A DNA stretch of 25,467 bases from an uncultured Bacilli bacterium (GTDB lineage: Bacteria > Bacillota_I > Bacilli_A > RF39 > UBA660). Shown here piece by piece: positions 6,760 through 16,166 of the stretch. The translations under genes were made by a program, and so were the position numbers. The stretch covers positions 1 through 25,467 of the forward strand of contig CANRGI010000001.1 of NCBI GenBank assembly GCA_947630095.1, in the 5' to 3' direction. The notes below the pieces were generated by a model. It saw only the letters and a program-made list of their open reading frames with translations, made no database searches and had not been told where the DNA came from. Every line of letters begins with the position of its first letter. Positions within the stretch are counted from its first letter, which is position 1.

Positions 6760-7434
6760 ATGAAAGAGAATAAAAAGAAAAATAGTAGGAATATAACTTT
6801 TAAAAAACTATTTTTAATATTTGTAATAGGTTCTGTGGTGGGAAATTATTACGAAATGATATTAAATTTAGTTAGACACTACTTAAGAGATGGGTCTATT
6901 TTTTGGGAAGTAAGACGTGGTTTTATCTATGGACCATTTAGTCCTGTTTATGGTCTTGGTGCTGTACTTATGACTTTAGTTTTTGCTGAAAAAGATTATA
7001 AATGGTATAAAGTTATTCTTTATGGTGCTTTAATATGTGGAACTTTTGAATATTTAATAAGTTTCTTACAAGAAAAAATTATAGGCACTATTAGTTGGAA
7101 TTATACTAGATATCCTTTAGATATAAATGGTAGAACTACTATTCCTATTATGTTACTTTGGGGAATTATGACATTAATATTTACTAAATATTTATACCCT
7201 TTCATTACTAAAATTATAAATAATACACCTTATATGGTAAAAGAAATAGTAATATATCCATTAATAATTTTTATAACTTTTGATGCTTTTATATCAGGCG
7301 CTGCTGTTTTTAGACAAAGTATGAGAAGAGATGGAAAGCCACCTGTTACTATATTAGGTAAAATATGTGATAAAGTATATACTGACGAAAGATTAAAAGA
7401 AGTATATCCAAATATGAGAGTTCCTGAAAGATAA
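6760..7434 (+). CDS. Membrane protein, ABC_trans_CmpB/DUF1113-like
   Basis: RGFIYGPFSPVYGLG, EYLISFLQEK...WNY..YPLDINGR pattern; several TM helices. Confidence 0.8.
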   Translation: MKENKKKNSRNITFKKLFLIFVIGSVVGNYYEMILNLVRHYLRDGSIFWEVRRGFIYGPFSPVYGLGAVLMTLVFAEKDYKWYKVILYGALICGTFEYLISFLQEKIIGTISWNYTRYPLDINGRTTIPIMLLWGIMTLIFTKYLYPFITKIINNTPYMVKEIVIYPLIIFITFDAFISGAAVFRQSMRRDGKPPVTILGKICDKVYTDERLKEVYPNMRVPER

Positions 7435-7435
7435 T

Positions 7436-8044
7436 ATGAAAAAATATATTAACTTTTTAAAACCTATGTTATTAGTTTTAATTTTAAATGCTTTTCTATA
7501 CTTTATAACTAAACAAATAAATCTTAATTATAACTTCATAACACCTAAAATTACTTTTCCATTTATACCAACACTTGTATTTATCTATAATTCTTGGTAT
7601 CCTTTTATTTTTATAATATCTTTTATAATTTATAAAAAAGACTATAATTTATTTAGAAAACTTATTAAATCTTTAATTATTTCAATAATACTATCTAATT
7701 TAACTTTTATAATTTATCCTACTATAATAAATAGACCTAATATAAAAGTAGATAATATAACTTCATTTATTTTAAATTTAACTTATAAAATAGATAATCC
7801 AGCAGTAAATTGTTTACCATCAATACATTGTTTATTTTCTTTTATTATTTCTTATTATATTTTAAAAACTAAATTAAATATTAAAACTAAAACATTAATA
7901 CTAATATATTTCTTATTAATAATTTTATCTACATTATTAGTACATCAACATTTGTTAATAGATGTTATATTTGCTTTTATTTATTCAGTAATTAGCCTCT
8001 TAATAACTCATTACTTATTCACAAGAAAAAAACACAAGAATTAA
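7436..8044 (+). CDS. PAP2-superfamily membrane phosphatase/phosphotransferase
   Basis: Hydrophobic protein with YPT..NRP, NCLPSIH and STLLVHQHLLID motifs. Confidence 0.8.
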   Translation: MKKYINFLKPMLLVLILNAFLYFITKQINLNYNFITPKITFPFIPTLVFIYNSWYPFIFIISFIIYKKDYNLFRKLIKSLIISIILSNLTFIIYPTIINRPNIKVDNITSFILNLTYKIDNPAVNCLPSIHCLFSFIISYYILKTKLNIKTKTLILIYFLLIILSTLLVHQHLLIDVIFAFIYSVISLLITHYLFTRKKHKN

Positions 8045-8056
8045 TTTCCTGTGAAT

Positions 8057-9295
8057 TTAACTATTGTTTTGATTATTATTATTTTGATTATAATTATTCA
8101 TATAGTCTAGTGGTGGCACTTCAAAACCTTGCTCGATTTCTGGTTCATTTGTTACTTGAGGTGTTTCTGTTGTAGTCTCATTTTCTACTACAGGCGGAGT
8201 TGCACTTTCATTATTAACAGGTGTTTCTTCTTTTGCTAGAACTACATCAGTAGGTTCAGGAGTGGTTTCAGTAGGCGTTGTTGCTTCAGTAGTCACTATA
8301 GTAGGTTCTGTAGTTGTAGTATTAGTTTCAGTTGTTTCAGGAGTATCTTCTTTCAAACTAACTTCTTCTATGGCCATTTTTTCTCTTTCTATTGCTCTTT
8401 CTCTTTCATTATTTATTATATCTTCATTTGTTGCTTTTCTACCTATTCTTGAACCTATTTCAACTAAAGTTTCTACATCTTCTTTAGTATTTTTTATTAT
8501 GTCTTCGTCTATTACTATTTTATCTTTTTCAACTAATAAAACTATAGTAGAACCACCAAACTCAAACATACCTTTTTCGTCGCCTCTTTTAAATGGCCAC
8601 TCAGCAGAGTGATAATTTTTTATTTTACCGACAAGCATAGCACCAACTTCAATTTGTACGACATCTCCAAAGTTTTCAGTATGTAATACAGTAAATTCTC
8701 TTGAGTTTCTTTTATATACTGGTTCTGTTTCGTGCGCTATTGGTCTTACTGTGTTTAGTACACCTTTTATATAAATATTTCCACTTTTAGTTCCATTATC
8801 TATATAAATATATCTATGATAGTCTTTTGGTCTTAATCTTATTATAATCATATATCCATCGTGATATTTAGCGCTTATAGGATCTCCATTTAATAAATCT
8901 CCTACTGTATAATAAGAATTTTTTATTTTAAAATCATTTCTATCACTTATTTTATATACTAATGCTTTACCATCACAAGGACTTATAAATATATTTGCAT
9001 CTTTATTTATATTCATACATTCTGGCTTTTTAACTCTAGTAAAGAAATCATTAAAACTTTTAAAATCTGTTCTAGTAAACATATTTATATCTATATTATT
9101 TTCTTTAATAAAATCTTTTATCATATAATCACTTAAAGGACTTTTTAAGAACATTGAAGCAAGTTGTGAACAAAAAGGATAAGAAAGTAACTTTGCTAAC
9201 ATTCTTCCAAAACTATTTCCATATAAAAATTTAATTGCTTTACTTTCCTTATCGACATCTAATTTTCCATTTCTATCTCTACCAACTATAACCAT
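8057..9295 (-). CDS. psd: Phosphatidylserine decarboxylase proenzyme with long T/E/P-rich C-terminal extension
   Basis: FNDFFTR, SPCDGK, RLRPKDYHR, EVGAMLVGKI and cleavage motif FEFGGST (Ser249). Confidence 0.9.
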   Translation of the reverse strand: MVIVGRDRNGKLDVDKESKAIKFLYGNSFGRMLAKLLSYPFCSQLASMFLKSPLSDYMIKDFIKENNIDINMFTRTDFKSFNDFFTRVKKPECMNINKDANIFISPCDGKALVYKISDRNDFKIKNSYYTVGDLLNGDPISAKYHDGYMIIIRLRPKDYHRYIYIDNGTKSGNIYIKGVLNTVRPIAHETEPVYKRNSREFTVLHTENFGDVVQIEVGAMLVGKIKNYHSAEWPFKRGDEKGMFEFGGSTIVLLVEKDKIVIDEDIIKNTKEDVETLVEIGSRIGRKATNEDIINNERERAIEREKMAIEEVSLKEDTPETTETNTTTTEPTIVTTEATTPTETTPEPTDVVLAKEETPVNNESATPPVVENETTTETPQVTNEPEIEQGFEVPPLDYMNNYNQNNNNQNNS

Positions 9296-9298
9296 ATT

Positions 9299-10243
9299 TT
9301 ATTCCTCCATTTCCTCATAATTCTCTAAAGATGTAAACAATTTAACTATATTCTTTTTTGGTAACATCATATTAATATCTTTATTTATTGAAAATACAAA
9401 TTCTTTTTCTTCGTGAGAGTATTCTTCTCCATCAATTACCCAACTAGGGGGAACTTTATCAAATTTAATTTTGAATTTATTAGTTCTATAATATTCTAAC
9501 CCTGGCATGTTTTTAATTTCTCCTGCTAAGATTTTACTTCCAATTAGTAAGAGTTCTGCTTTACTTTTAGCAGTACATAGGACTACTTCAAATTCGTCGT
9601 CGTCTAACTTAACATCATTATAAATATGGTCTATTCCTCCCATTCTACAAGTGTTAGTTACAAATACAAATGAGTAAGTTCCTGTTACTTTTTTACCATT
9701 TACTTCATAGGTTAAATCAAATAGTTTAACTTTATCTTTAAGTTCGTATAAAGCGTTCATAACATACCCTAAGCGACCGAAGCGCTTTTTCAAATTTCTA
9801 GGTGTATTATATGAAGCATCTACATAACTACCTATACAAGCGACATATACAAAAGGTCTTTTATTAATTAAGCATACATCAATATTTTTTATACTACCAT
9901 TAAGTAACATTTGGGCATTAATTATAGTATTTTTAGTAAAACCATACATTGTACCAACATCGTTAACTGTTCCTACTGGTAAATGGGCCATTAAGATTTT
10001 TTTTCTTCTTAGTAGGTTACCTCTTACACTTTCATTAAGAGTTCCATCTCCACCACAACATATAACTAAGTCTATATCATTAGGTAATTCTTTTATTATT
10101 CTTGATGCATCTCCCCTTTTGGTAGTTGGACACATTATAGTTTCATAATTATTTACACTAAGTAGTGCTGGTAAAGTTAGAATATCTTTTTTATCTTTTG
10201 GCTTTCCACTTTCTGGATTAAATACAATTGCACATTTTTTCAT
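9299..10243 (-). CDS. Diacylglycerol kinase family lipid kinase (YegS/BmrU/DgkB-like)
   Basis: FNPESG, GGDGTLNE, LPVGTVND, IDGE motifs. Confidence 0.9.
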   Translation of the reverse strand: MKKCAIVFNPESGKPKDKKDILTLPALLSVNNYETIMCPTTKRGDASRIIKELPNDIDLVICCGGDGTLNESVRGNLLRRKKILMAHLPVGTVNDVGTMYGFTKNTIINAQMLLNGSIKNIDVCLINKRPFVYVACIGSYVDASYNTPRNLKKRFGRLGYVMNALYELKDKVKLFDLTYEVNGKKVTGTYSFVFVTNTCRMGGIDHIYNDVKLDDDEFEVVLCTAKSKAELLLIGSKILAGEIKNMPGLEYYRTNKFKIKFDKVPPSWVIDGEEYSHEEKEFVFSINKDINMMLPKKNIVKLFTSLENYEEMEE

Positions 10244-10344
10244 ATTTTCACCTATTTACAATAACATTATACTATTAATTTAACCATTTTACTAGTATCT
10301 AGTCATACACTAGACATTTTATATAAAGAAAAATAGTTAGAAAC

Positions 10345-11424
10345 CTAACTATTACTTCCAAGTTTTACTTTAATTTCTTTACTCTTACCATCTCTAATTA
10401 TAGTAAGTGTTACTTTGTCGTCTGGATTATAACTATAAAGTCTATATCTAAATTCTGCTATGTCTGTTACTTCGTCGTCTCCTACTCTAACTATGACATC
10501 TCCACTAGTTAAACCAGCATCACTTGCAGGACTATTATTTTCTACATCAACTATAACTACACCTGCTAAAATATCACTATCAAGTCTAATACCTGCAGAA
10601 AGTAATTGCATTCTACTACTTGCATTAACCATACTAACACCTATATAAGGTCTACTAATAGAGCCATAATTCCTTAGGTCATTAGCATAATTTATTGCGT
10701 CTTCTATTGGAATAGAAAAACCTATGCTTTCTACTGTATCTTCAACTATCTTTAATGAATTTATACCTATTACTTCTCCATTTACATTACATAAAGGTCC
10801 ACCACTGTTACCAGGACTAATTGCCGCGTCTGTTTGCATTACGTTCATTATCCAGTCACTTTGTCCACCACTTAAACTAACAGAAACTAATCTATCTTTT
10901 CCACTTAGTATTCCTCTTGTGACTGTTCCTTTAAAATCTATTCCCATAGGACTTCCTATAGTAAATACAGTATCTCCTTTTCTAACATCTTCACTTTTAC
11001 CTAAAGTGGCAACATTTAATATAGTATCTTTATCTACCTTTAATACTGCTATATCTGCATATTCGTCACTACCTACAATAGACGCTGTAGTAACACTATC
11101 GTCACTATAAGTTATCTTTATATCTCCAGCATCTTCTATAACGTGATGGTTTGTCATAATATAGGCATATTTATCGTCTTTATCATATACAAAACCAGTA
11201 CCAGTACCAAGTAATGTATCTCTTTCATATACTTGTACAACAACAGTCGCGCTTTCTATTTTTTCTACCGCTTCTGCTATTCCTGTATCTGTTATACTAA
11301 CATTTTTTTCTGTTATAGTTTTAACTACTTCATTAGGATACTTATATATAACTGCGCACATAATAAGTACACCTAAAATAAACGCTATTAAAACTCCTAA
11401 ACAATATATAAATTTCTTTCTCAC
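10345..11424 (-). CDS. htrA: HtrA/DegP-family serine protease with N-terminal TM and PDZ domain
   Basis: TNHHV, DIAVLK, QTDAAISPGNSGGPL and a C-terminal PDZ. The start is moved to GTG 11424 behind RBS AGGAGA. Confidence 0.92.
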   Translation of the reverse strand: MRKKFIYCLGVLIAFILGVLIMCAVIYKYPNEVVKTITEKNVSITDTGIAEAVEKIESATVVVQVYERDTLLGTGTGFVYDKDDKYAYIMTNHHVIEDAGDIKITYSDDSVTTASIVGSDEYADIAVLKVDKDTILNVATLGKSEDVRKGDTVFTIGSPMGIDFKGTVTRGILSGKDRLVSVSLSGGQSDWIMNVMQTDAAISPGNSGGPLCNVNGEVIGINSLKIVEDTVESIGFSIPIEDAINYANDLRNYGSISRPYIGVSMVNASSRMQLLSAGIRLDSDILAGVVIVDVENNSPASDAGLTSGDVIVRVGDDEVTDIAEFRYRLYSYNPDDKVTLTIIRDGKSKEIKVKLGSNS

Positions 11425-11437
11425 TTTTATCCATCTC

Positions 11438-12370
11438 CTATTCAATGTACATTATATCTCTATAATTAGGTGGGAAACCCATTTTATCTAAAATATCGTC
11501 TATCTTTATTGTATGAAGTAACCCAGTAAGTTTATCTATTTCATAATTTATTTCATTCATCATCATTTTAAAGTCTACTGGTCTAAGTAATCTTTTAAGT
11601 ATTATAATAAGGGCAAAGATGTCATTTTTACCATAAACATATTCTTCATTAGTTTTATCAATATTTAGTAAATTATGATATTTAGTATCAGGAATAACTC
11701 TCTGTGTAAAATTATCAAATAATATGTTTTCGTGAGCACATAAATTTCTATAATTAGCAAGTATAGGTAAATACACTATTAAATCTGGAACATCTATTTT
11801 ATAAATATTAGCAATTTCTATTTTATCTTGCATTTTAAGTACACTATATATCTCACTCATAATACCAAAACTAATAACTTTAACACCTATCCAAAGAGGT
11901 ATATAACCATAATTTTCTAAATAGTGATTAGTTGCCATATGGCTTTTACCATTTATTCGCAGTTGACGTTTAATCTTTCTTATTAAATCATTAATCTGCC
12001 TCATTTTACTTTTATCATTATCAAAGTTTTTAACATTTAAGTAATCTCTTTCTTTATAACCATATTCCCTACTCAAAACATAACTTAAAATAGATTTATA
12101 GTTATTTTCTACTATTAGAATATTCTTAAAGATTATATTCCTAAACATTCTATCAAATACAAATAGACTATATATTTCTTCAAATGTAGTTCCTTCTTTA
12201 AACTTTCTCGATGTATCTTTTCTTAAAAATACGTGTCTGTAACCCATTAAAAAGAAATAATTTTCTCTTAAAAGGACTTCTTTAGTATATTCAATATCAC
12301 TTATTTTTAGTCCTTTATCAATTAATATGTTGATTTGTTCATCTAAATTTTTAAATACTTTATTTGCCAA
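11438..12370 (-). CDS. Abi family protein (Abi_2, AbiD/AbiF-like, HEPN)
   Basis: N-terminal LLRENYFFLMGY..F..GTTFEEIYSL..FDR and HEPN RxxxxH motif RNLCAH. TTG start with RBS AGGTGA. Confidence 0.82.
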   Translation of the reverse strand: MANKVFKNLDEQINILIDKGLKISDIEYTKEVLLRENYFFLMGYRHVFLRKDTSRKFKEGTTFEEIYSLFVFDRMFRNIIFKNILIVENNYKSILSYVLSREYGYKERDYLNVKNFDNDKSKMRQINDLIRKIKRQLRINGKSHMATNHYLENYGYIPLWIGVKVISFGIMSEIYSVLKMQDKIEIANIYKIDVPDLIVYLPILANYRNLCAHENILFDNFTQRVIPDTKYHNLLNIDKTNEEYVYGKNDIFALIIILKRLLRPVDFKMMMNEINYEIDKLTGLLHTIKIDDILDKMGFPPNYRDIMYIE

Positions 12371-12545
12371 CCCTCGTCACCTATAAAAAATTTTACCACA
12401 AAATAATTATTTTAACTAGACTTTTATTGCTTTTTTCACATAATTATCAGAAAATAAAAAAATAACTATTATTAATAGTGTAAATTAAAAATCTAACTAG
12501 ATTGAATTATAAAGTCTTTTATGATATTATTTAGTTAGGAGGTAA

Positions 12546-12950
12546 ATGATGGACGACGTTACATACACAGAAACTTTTACTAGAATAGTTGATAAAGATA
12601 GTGAAGCAATTGCGCATAAATTATATGCGATAGAAAGTGAATATAATAAACAGGCTGGTTGGAGTATAGATAATTTAGATATAACTGAGGTAAGTTATGA
12701 TAGTGTAAAAATCTCTGCTACATTATCAAAACATAGTAATAAAGAAGAACTACCTTATCAAGAATTATTTATAAAAACTATAAACTCGAATTACACTAGT
12801 TTAAATAATCAACTTAGTATGATAAATGAACAATACCCTAGTAGTTATGGTTATGAAGTAGGAGAAACTATTTCAATTAAACTTAATGATGGAAATATGA
12901 TAATAATTACTCCAATAACTAAATATCAAGATAGAATAAGAAGAAGATAA
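12546..12950 (+). CDS. Hypothetical protein (134 aa)
   Basis: Strong RBS AGGAGG and a downstream terminator; no motif recognised. Confidence 0.7.
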   Translation: MMDDVTYTETFTRIVDKDSEAIAHKLYAIESEYNKQAGWSIDNLDITEVSYDSVKISATLSKHSNKEELPYQELFIKTINSNYTSLNNQLSMINEQYPSSYGYEVGETISIKLNDGNMIIITPITKYQDRIRRR

Positions 12951-12951
12951 T

Positions 12952-12989
12952 AAAAAAACAGTAAACAATTTAAGTTTTACTGTTTTTTT
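12952..12989. terminator. Bidirectional intrinsic terminator
   Basis: AAAAAAACAGTAAA-loop-TTTACTGTTTTTTT between convergent genes. Confidence 0.85.
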
Positions 12990-13032
12990 CGTTATTTAGT
13001 AATCGTTTAAGAAGAGAAATTAGAAAAAGCAA

Positions 13033-14835
13033 TTATTTTACTAATATTTTATTAGTGTTTCTTTTTACTAAATATAAACCAATACCAATAACTAATAAAG
13101 ATGTTAATCCAATAACTATATAAGTAGAAATTGCATCTCCAGTTTTAGGGTTATTAATTAAAGTATCTACATACGCAATAACGTATTCACTAAATTTATC
13201 ACTCTTAAACTTTAATGCTTTTCCATCACTTGTTAAAGTTGCATCTAATTTTTCAACTTTTCCTTCGTGATTTCTTAAAATATAGTATTTTCTTTCATAA
13301 CCTTTTGCTACACTAGGTAACTCTGGTAAGTAAGCAAGTATTTCTATTTCACTTGTTAAGTCTGCTATTTCATAGTCTTTACCTAATACATTAAGATTAA
13401 TTTTTATACTTAATGCTTTACTTATAGTACCTTCTTTAAAGGCATCAGTGAATAATTTTTTAGTTTTATTATCTAATTCTATTTCTTCACTACTTAAAGT
13501 TACAGTTGCAGGGTTTTCTCCAATTATTTCTTGATATTTTTCTCCTGCTAAAGTATTATTTACTACACTTGAGAAATCATTACCAGAAGTAATTGTGTTA
13601 TCTTCTATTTTGTATTCATATATGATAGGAGAGTCTATATAACCTATTCCGATTACTCCAGCGTTAGTTACTTCAAATTCGATAGCAGTTCCATCAAAAT
13701 TTAATGTTGCAGGAACTTTTTTAACTTCTCCATCAACAACACTAACTACATAATAATCTCTAGCGTGTCCTTCTTCTAGTCCTTCAAGTAAACCATTAAC
13801 TTTTAATATTACTTTTTGTGGAGTTAATAATTTATCTAATTTAGTACTATAATATCCAGTTCCATCACTTATTGATAAACGAACTTGAAAATACTTTTTG
13901 AAATTAAATCCTTCTTCTGTTTTACTATCTACTAAAGTTTTATCTTCTCCATAAAAATCATTAGCACCTATAGTACTTATGTAATAATAATAACCAGTTG
14001 CAGGTAATTCTTCTTTAATTGCTTCATTTGCGTTTATTGCTGCTTCCATAGCGCTTCCAAAAGCAGTTGCATCTGATGGTTTAATTGCATTTGTATAGTC
14101 ATAACCATTAAATTTAACTAATACAGCATCGTCACCATAATTATTTGTATAAGTTACTGTTACAGTACCATCTTCTTTTACTTTATATACACCAATTATT
14201 TCTCCTTCACCAGAAACCATACCAGGTGTACAATCATTTTTTCCTGCTGAACAATTGTAATTTATTACATAATCTCCAGGGTTAAAATAATCTTTTACAT
14301 CTAAAGTTATTGTATTTTCTCCAGGTGGCTTAAGACCATTTGCTAGTAAATGAACTCTAAAACCTTTAGCATTTTCAAAAACTTCTTTTTGTGGAGTTGA
14401 TAATTCATTTGTATAAACAGTTAAATTATTTTCATTTTTAAAACCATCTACAACATTTTCACTAGTTGGCATAATACTATCCCAGTTATATAAGAATTTA
14501 CCACTTTCATTGTAAGCATCAAATGATAATATTACTTTATTACTAACTGCTAATTTTAGTGTTTCATTAGTAATAAATACATTAGTTTTTTCACAACCAT
14601 CTTTATATACTAACTTAATAGTAACTTTATCGTTAAAATCAAGTGTATCTTTTTTATTAGCAGTTATAATATTATCAATATTTAAAGTATAGTCGTCACA
14701 AGTACCTATATTTACTGTATTAGTATTTGCAATTATTGAGACTCCATTATCCCTCCCTTCTTCTAAAGCATTAAGATTATTTAGTGTTACTAATGTTAAG
14801 ACTGCACTAAATAAAATAAGTAACAATTTTTTCAT
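13033..14835 (-). CDS. Secreted sortase-anchored surface protein (LPXTG-like NPKTG)
   Basis: Signal peptide MKKLLLILFSAVLTLVTLNNLNA; C-terminal NPKTGD + TM + KRNTNK positive tail; RBS AAAGGAG. Confidence 0.88.
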   Translation of the reverse strand: MKKLLLILFSAVLTLVTLNNLNALEEGRDNGVSIIANTNTVNIGTCDDYTLNIDNIITANKKDTLDFNDKVTIKLVYKDGCEKTNVFITNETLKLAVSNKVILSFDAYNESGKFLYNWDSIMPTSENVVDGFKNENNLTVYTNELSTPQKEVFENAKGFRVHLLANGLKPPGENTITLDVKDYFNPGDYVINYNCSAGKNDCTPGMVSGEGEIIGVYKVKEDGTVTVTYTNNYGDDAVLVKFNGYDYTNAIKPSDATAFGSAMEAAINANEAIKEELPATGYYYYISTIGANDFYGEDKTLVDSKTEEGFNFKKYFQVRLSISDGTGYYSTKLDKLLTPQKVILKVNGLLEGLEEGHARDYYVVSVVDGEVKKVPATLNFDGTAIEFEVTNAGVIGIGYIDSPIIYEYKIEDNTITSGNDFSSVVNNTLAGEKYQEIIGENPATVTLSSEEIELDNKTKKLFTDAFKEGTISKALSIKINLNVLGKDYEIADLTSEIEILAYLPELPSVAKGYERKYYILRNHEGKVEKLDATLTSDGKALKFKSDKFSEYVIAYVDTLINNPKTGDAISTYIVIGLTSLLVIGIGLYLVKRNTNKILVK

Positions 14836-14867
14836 TTTCTTTTCTCCTTTCTATTTTAAGACAAAGC

Positions 14868-14895
14868 AAAAAGACACATAATAAAATTATGTGCC
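14868..14895 (-). terminator. Intrinsic terminator/attenuator in the 5' leader of the surface protein gene
   Basis: Minus strand GGCACATAA-tttta-TTATGTGTC-TTTTT, about 33 nt upstream of the ATG. Confidence 0.7.
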
Positions 14896-14979
14896 ACGAT
14901 AAAAATGAGAACGATTATGTTTAGTAACCCCCCCCAAGCAAAATAATGTTTGTGTAGGTTCTTTCATATCAATTTTCAT
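14887..14979 (-). CDS. 30-aa leader peptide containing a G8 homopolymer, not in the ORF track
   Basis: RBS GAAGGAG then MKIDMKEPTQTLFCLGGVTKHNRSHFYRGT*. The stop lies in the 5' arm of the terminator. Confidence 0.7.
   Translation of the reverse strand: MKIDMKEPTQTLFCLGGVTKHNRSHFYRGT
14928..14935 (-). repeat. G8 homopolymeric tract (C8 on plus)
   Basis: Directly read; I saw no other G/C run this long in this AT-rich window. Confidence 0.95.
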
Positions 14980-15012
14980 TTCTTTGCTCCTTCAAAAAAT
15001 TATTACATCTAT

Positions 15013-15041
15013 ATTATATTCTTATAGATTTTTAGTGTCAA
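15013..15041 (-). promoter_or_regulatory. Consensus SigA promoter for leader + surface protein
   Basis: TTGACA (15041-15036), 17 nt, TATAAT (15018-15013). Confidence 0.85.
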
Positions 15042-15052
15042 GAAAAAATAAC

Positions 15053-15087
15053 AAAAAAACCTTATAAACTCTAGGTTTAAAAGGTTT
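15053..15087 (-). terminator. rplM-rpsI terminator
   Basis: Minus strand AAACCTTTTAAAC-ctaga-GTTTATAAGGTTT-TTTT. Confidence 0.8.
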
Positions 15088-15096
15088 AAAAGAAAA

Positions 15097-15495
15097 TTAT
15101 CTCTTACTAAATTGAGGTGCACGTCTAGCCTTTTTAAGACCATATTTCTTACGCTCTTTAATTCTAGCATCTCTACTAACCATACCAGTACCCTTTAAAG
15201 TAGGTCTGTATGCTTCACTATTTACTTCAAGTAAAGCCCTAGCAATACCTAATCTAATAGCGCCAGTTTGACCACTAAAGCCACCACCTGTTACTGTTAC
15301 TTCTACATCAAATTCTTTTTCTGTACCAGTAAGTACTAATGGTTGTTTTAAGTCCATTACTAAAGTATCGTAAGGCATATAATCATTAACATCTACACCA
15401 TTAATAGTAATTTTACCATTACCACTATATAATCTAACTCTAGCAACACTTCTTTTTCTTCTTCCAGTTGCACTATAAATATTTTTATCTGCCAT
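15097..15495 (-). CDS. rpsI: 30S ribosomal protein S9
   Basis: [39 protein letters not shown]. Confidence 0.98.
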   Translation of the reverse strand: MADKNIYSATGRRKRSVARVRLYSGNGKITINGVDVNDYMPYDTLVMDLKQPLVLTGTEKEFDVEVTVTGGGFSGQTGAIRLGIARALLEVNSEAYRPTLKGTGMVSRDARIKERKKYGLKKARRAPQFSKR

Positions 15496-15503
15496 AGTTC
15501 CTC

Positions 15504-15932
15504 CTATAATTCTATTTTTTCAGGTTTTTGAGCACTATGTTTATGATTTTCGTCAGCATAAACATATAAATTTCTAAACATATCTCTACCTAGTGTATTT
15601 TTAGGTAGCATACCTTTTACTGCTCTTTCTACCATTTCTACTGGATATTTTTCTTTCATAACTTCAGCAGTTCTTTCTCTCAAACCACCTGGATATCCAC
15701 TATGATTATAATAAACTTTCTTCTTTAGTTTATCTCCTGTTAAATTAACTTTACTAGCATTAATAATTATTACTGCATCTCCACAATTAACGTGAGGTGT
15801 ATAAGTTACTTTGTGTTTACCACGTAAAATATGTGCTGCTTTACTAGCAACTCTACCTAGATTTTTACCCTCTGCATCAATTATGAACCATTTAGTAGAA
15901 ACATCTTCTTTTCTTAACATAAATGTTTTCAT
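15504..15932 (-). CDS. rplM: 50S ribosomal protein L13
   Basis: [41 protein letters not shown]. The start is set to ATG 15932 behind RBS AAGGAG. Confidence 0.98.
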   Translation of the reverse strand: MKTFMLRKEDVSTKWFIIDAEGKNLGRVASKAAHILRGKHKVTYTPHVNCGDAVIIINASKVNLTGDKLKKKVYYNHSGYPGGLRERTAEVMKEKYPVEMVERAVKGMLPKNTLGRDMFRNLYVYADENHKHSAQKPEKIEL

Positions 15933-16015
15933 ATAAATTCTCCTTACTTTATCCTTAATATATATGCCTTCCCACAGCAATATATCAAAAGATATTTAAA
16001 AATGTACCGTATATC

Positions 16016-16045
16016 ATTATACAATACTATATTACAAAAAGTCAA
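16016..16045 (-). promoter_or_regulatory. rplM-rpsI promoter
   Basis: TTGACT (16045-16040), 18 nt, TATAAT (16021-16016). Confidence 0.6.
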
Positions 16046-16097
16046 ATAAAACTTGAAGTCGGTCATAAAATTTATTACAAAACGTAAAATTAGATAG

Positions 16098-16126
16098 TTG
16101 ACAACAATTCTGAACTATTATAAAAT
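16098..16126 (+). promoter_or_regulatory. SigA promoter
   Basis: TTGACA (16098-16103), 17 nt, TAAAAT (16121-16126). Confidence 0.75.
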
Positions 16127-16166
16127 GATAATAGAGTAAAAAAGAATAGAAGTTGGAGGAATAAAA

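Noticed and set aside
12371-12545. ncRNA antitoxin for the Abi protein
   Set aside because: Only weak AT-rich partial repeats (aactaga twice); no stable repeated hairpins seen.
15933-16010. L13 ribosomal leader autoregulatory RNA
   Set aside because: Plausible by position, but I could not identify a convincing conserved structure by eye; it needs a covariance-model search.
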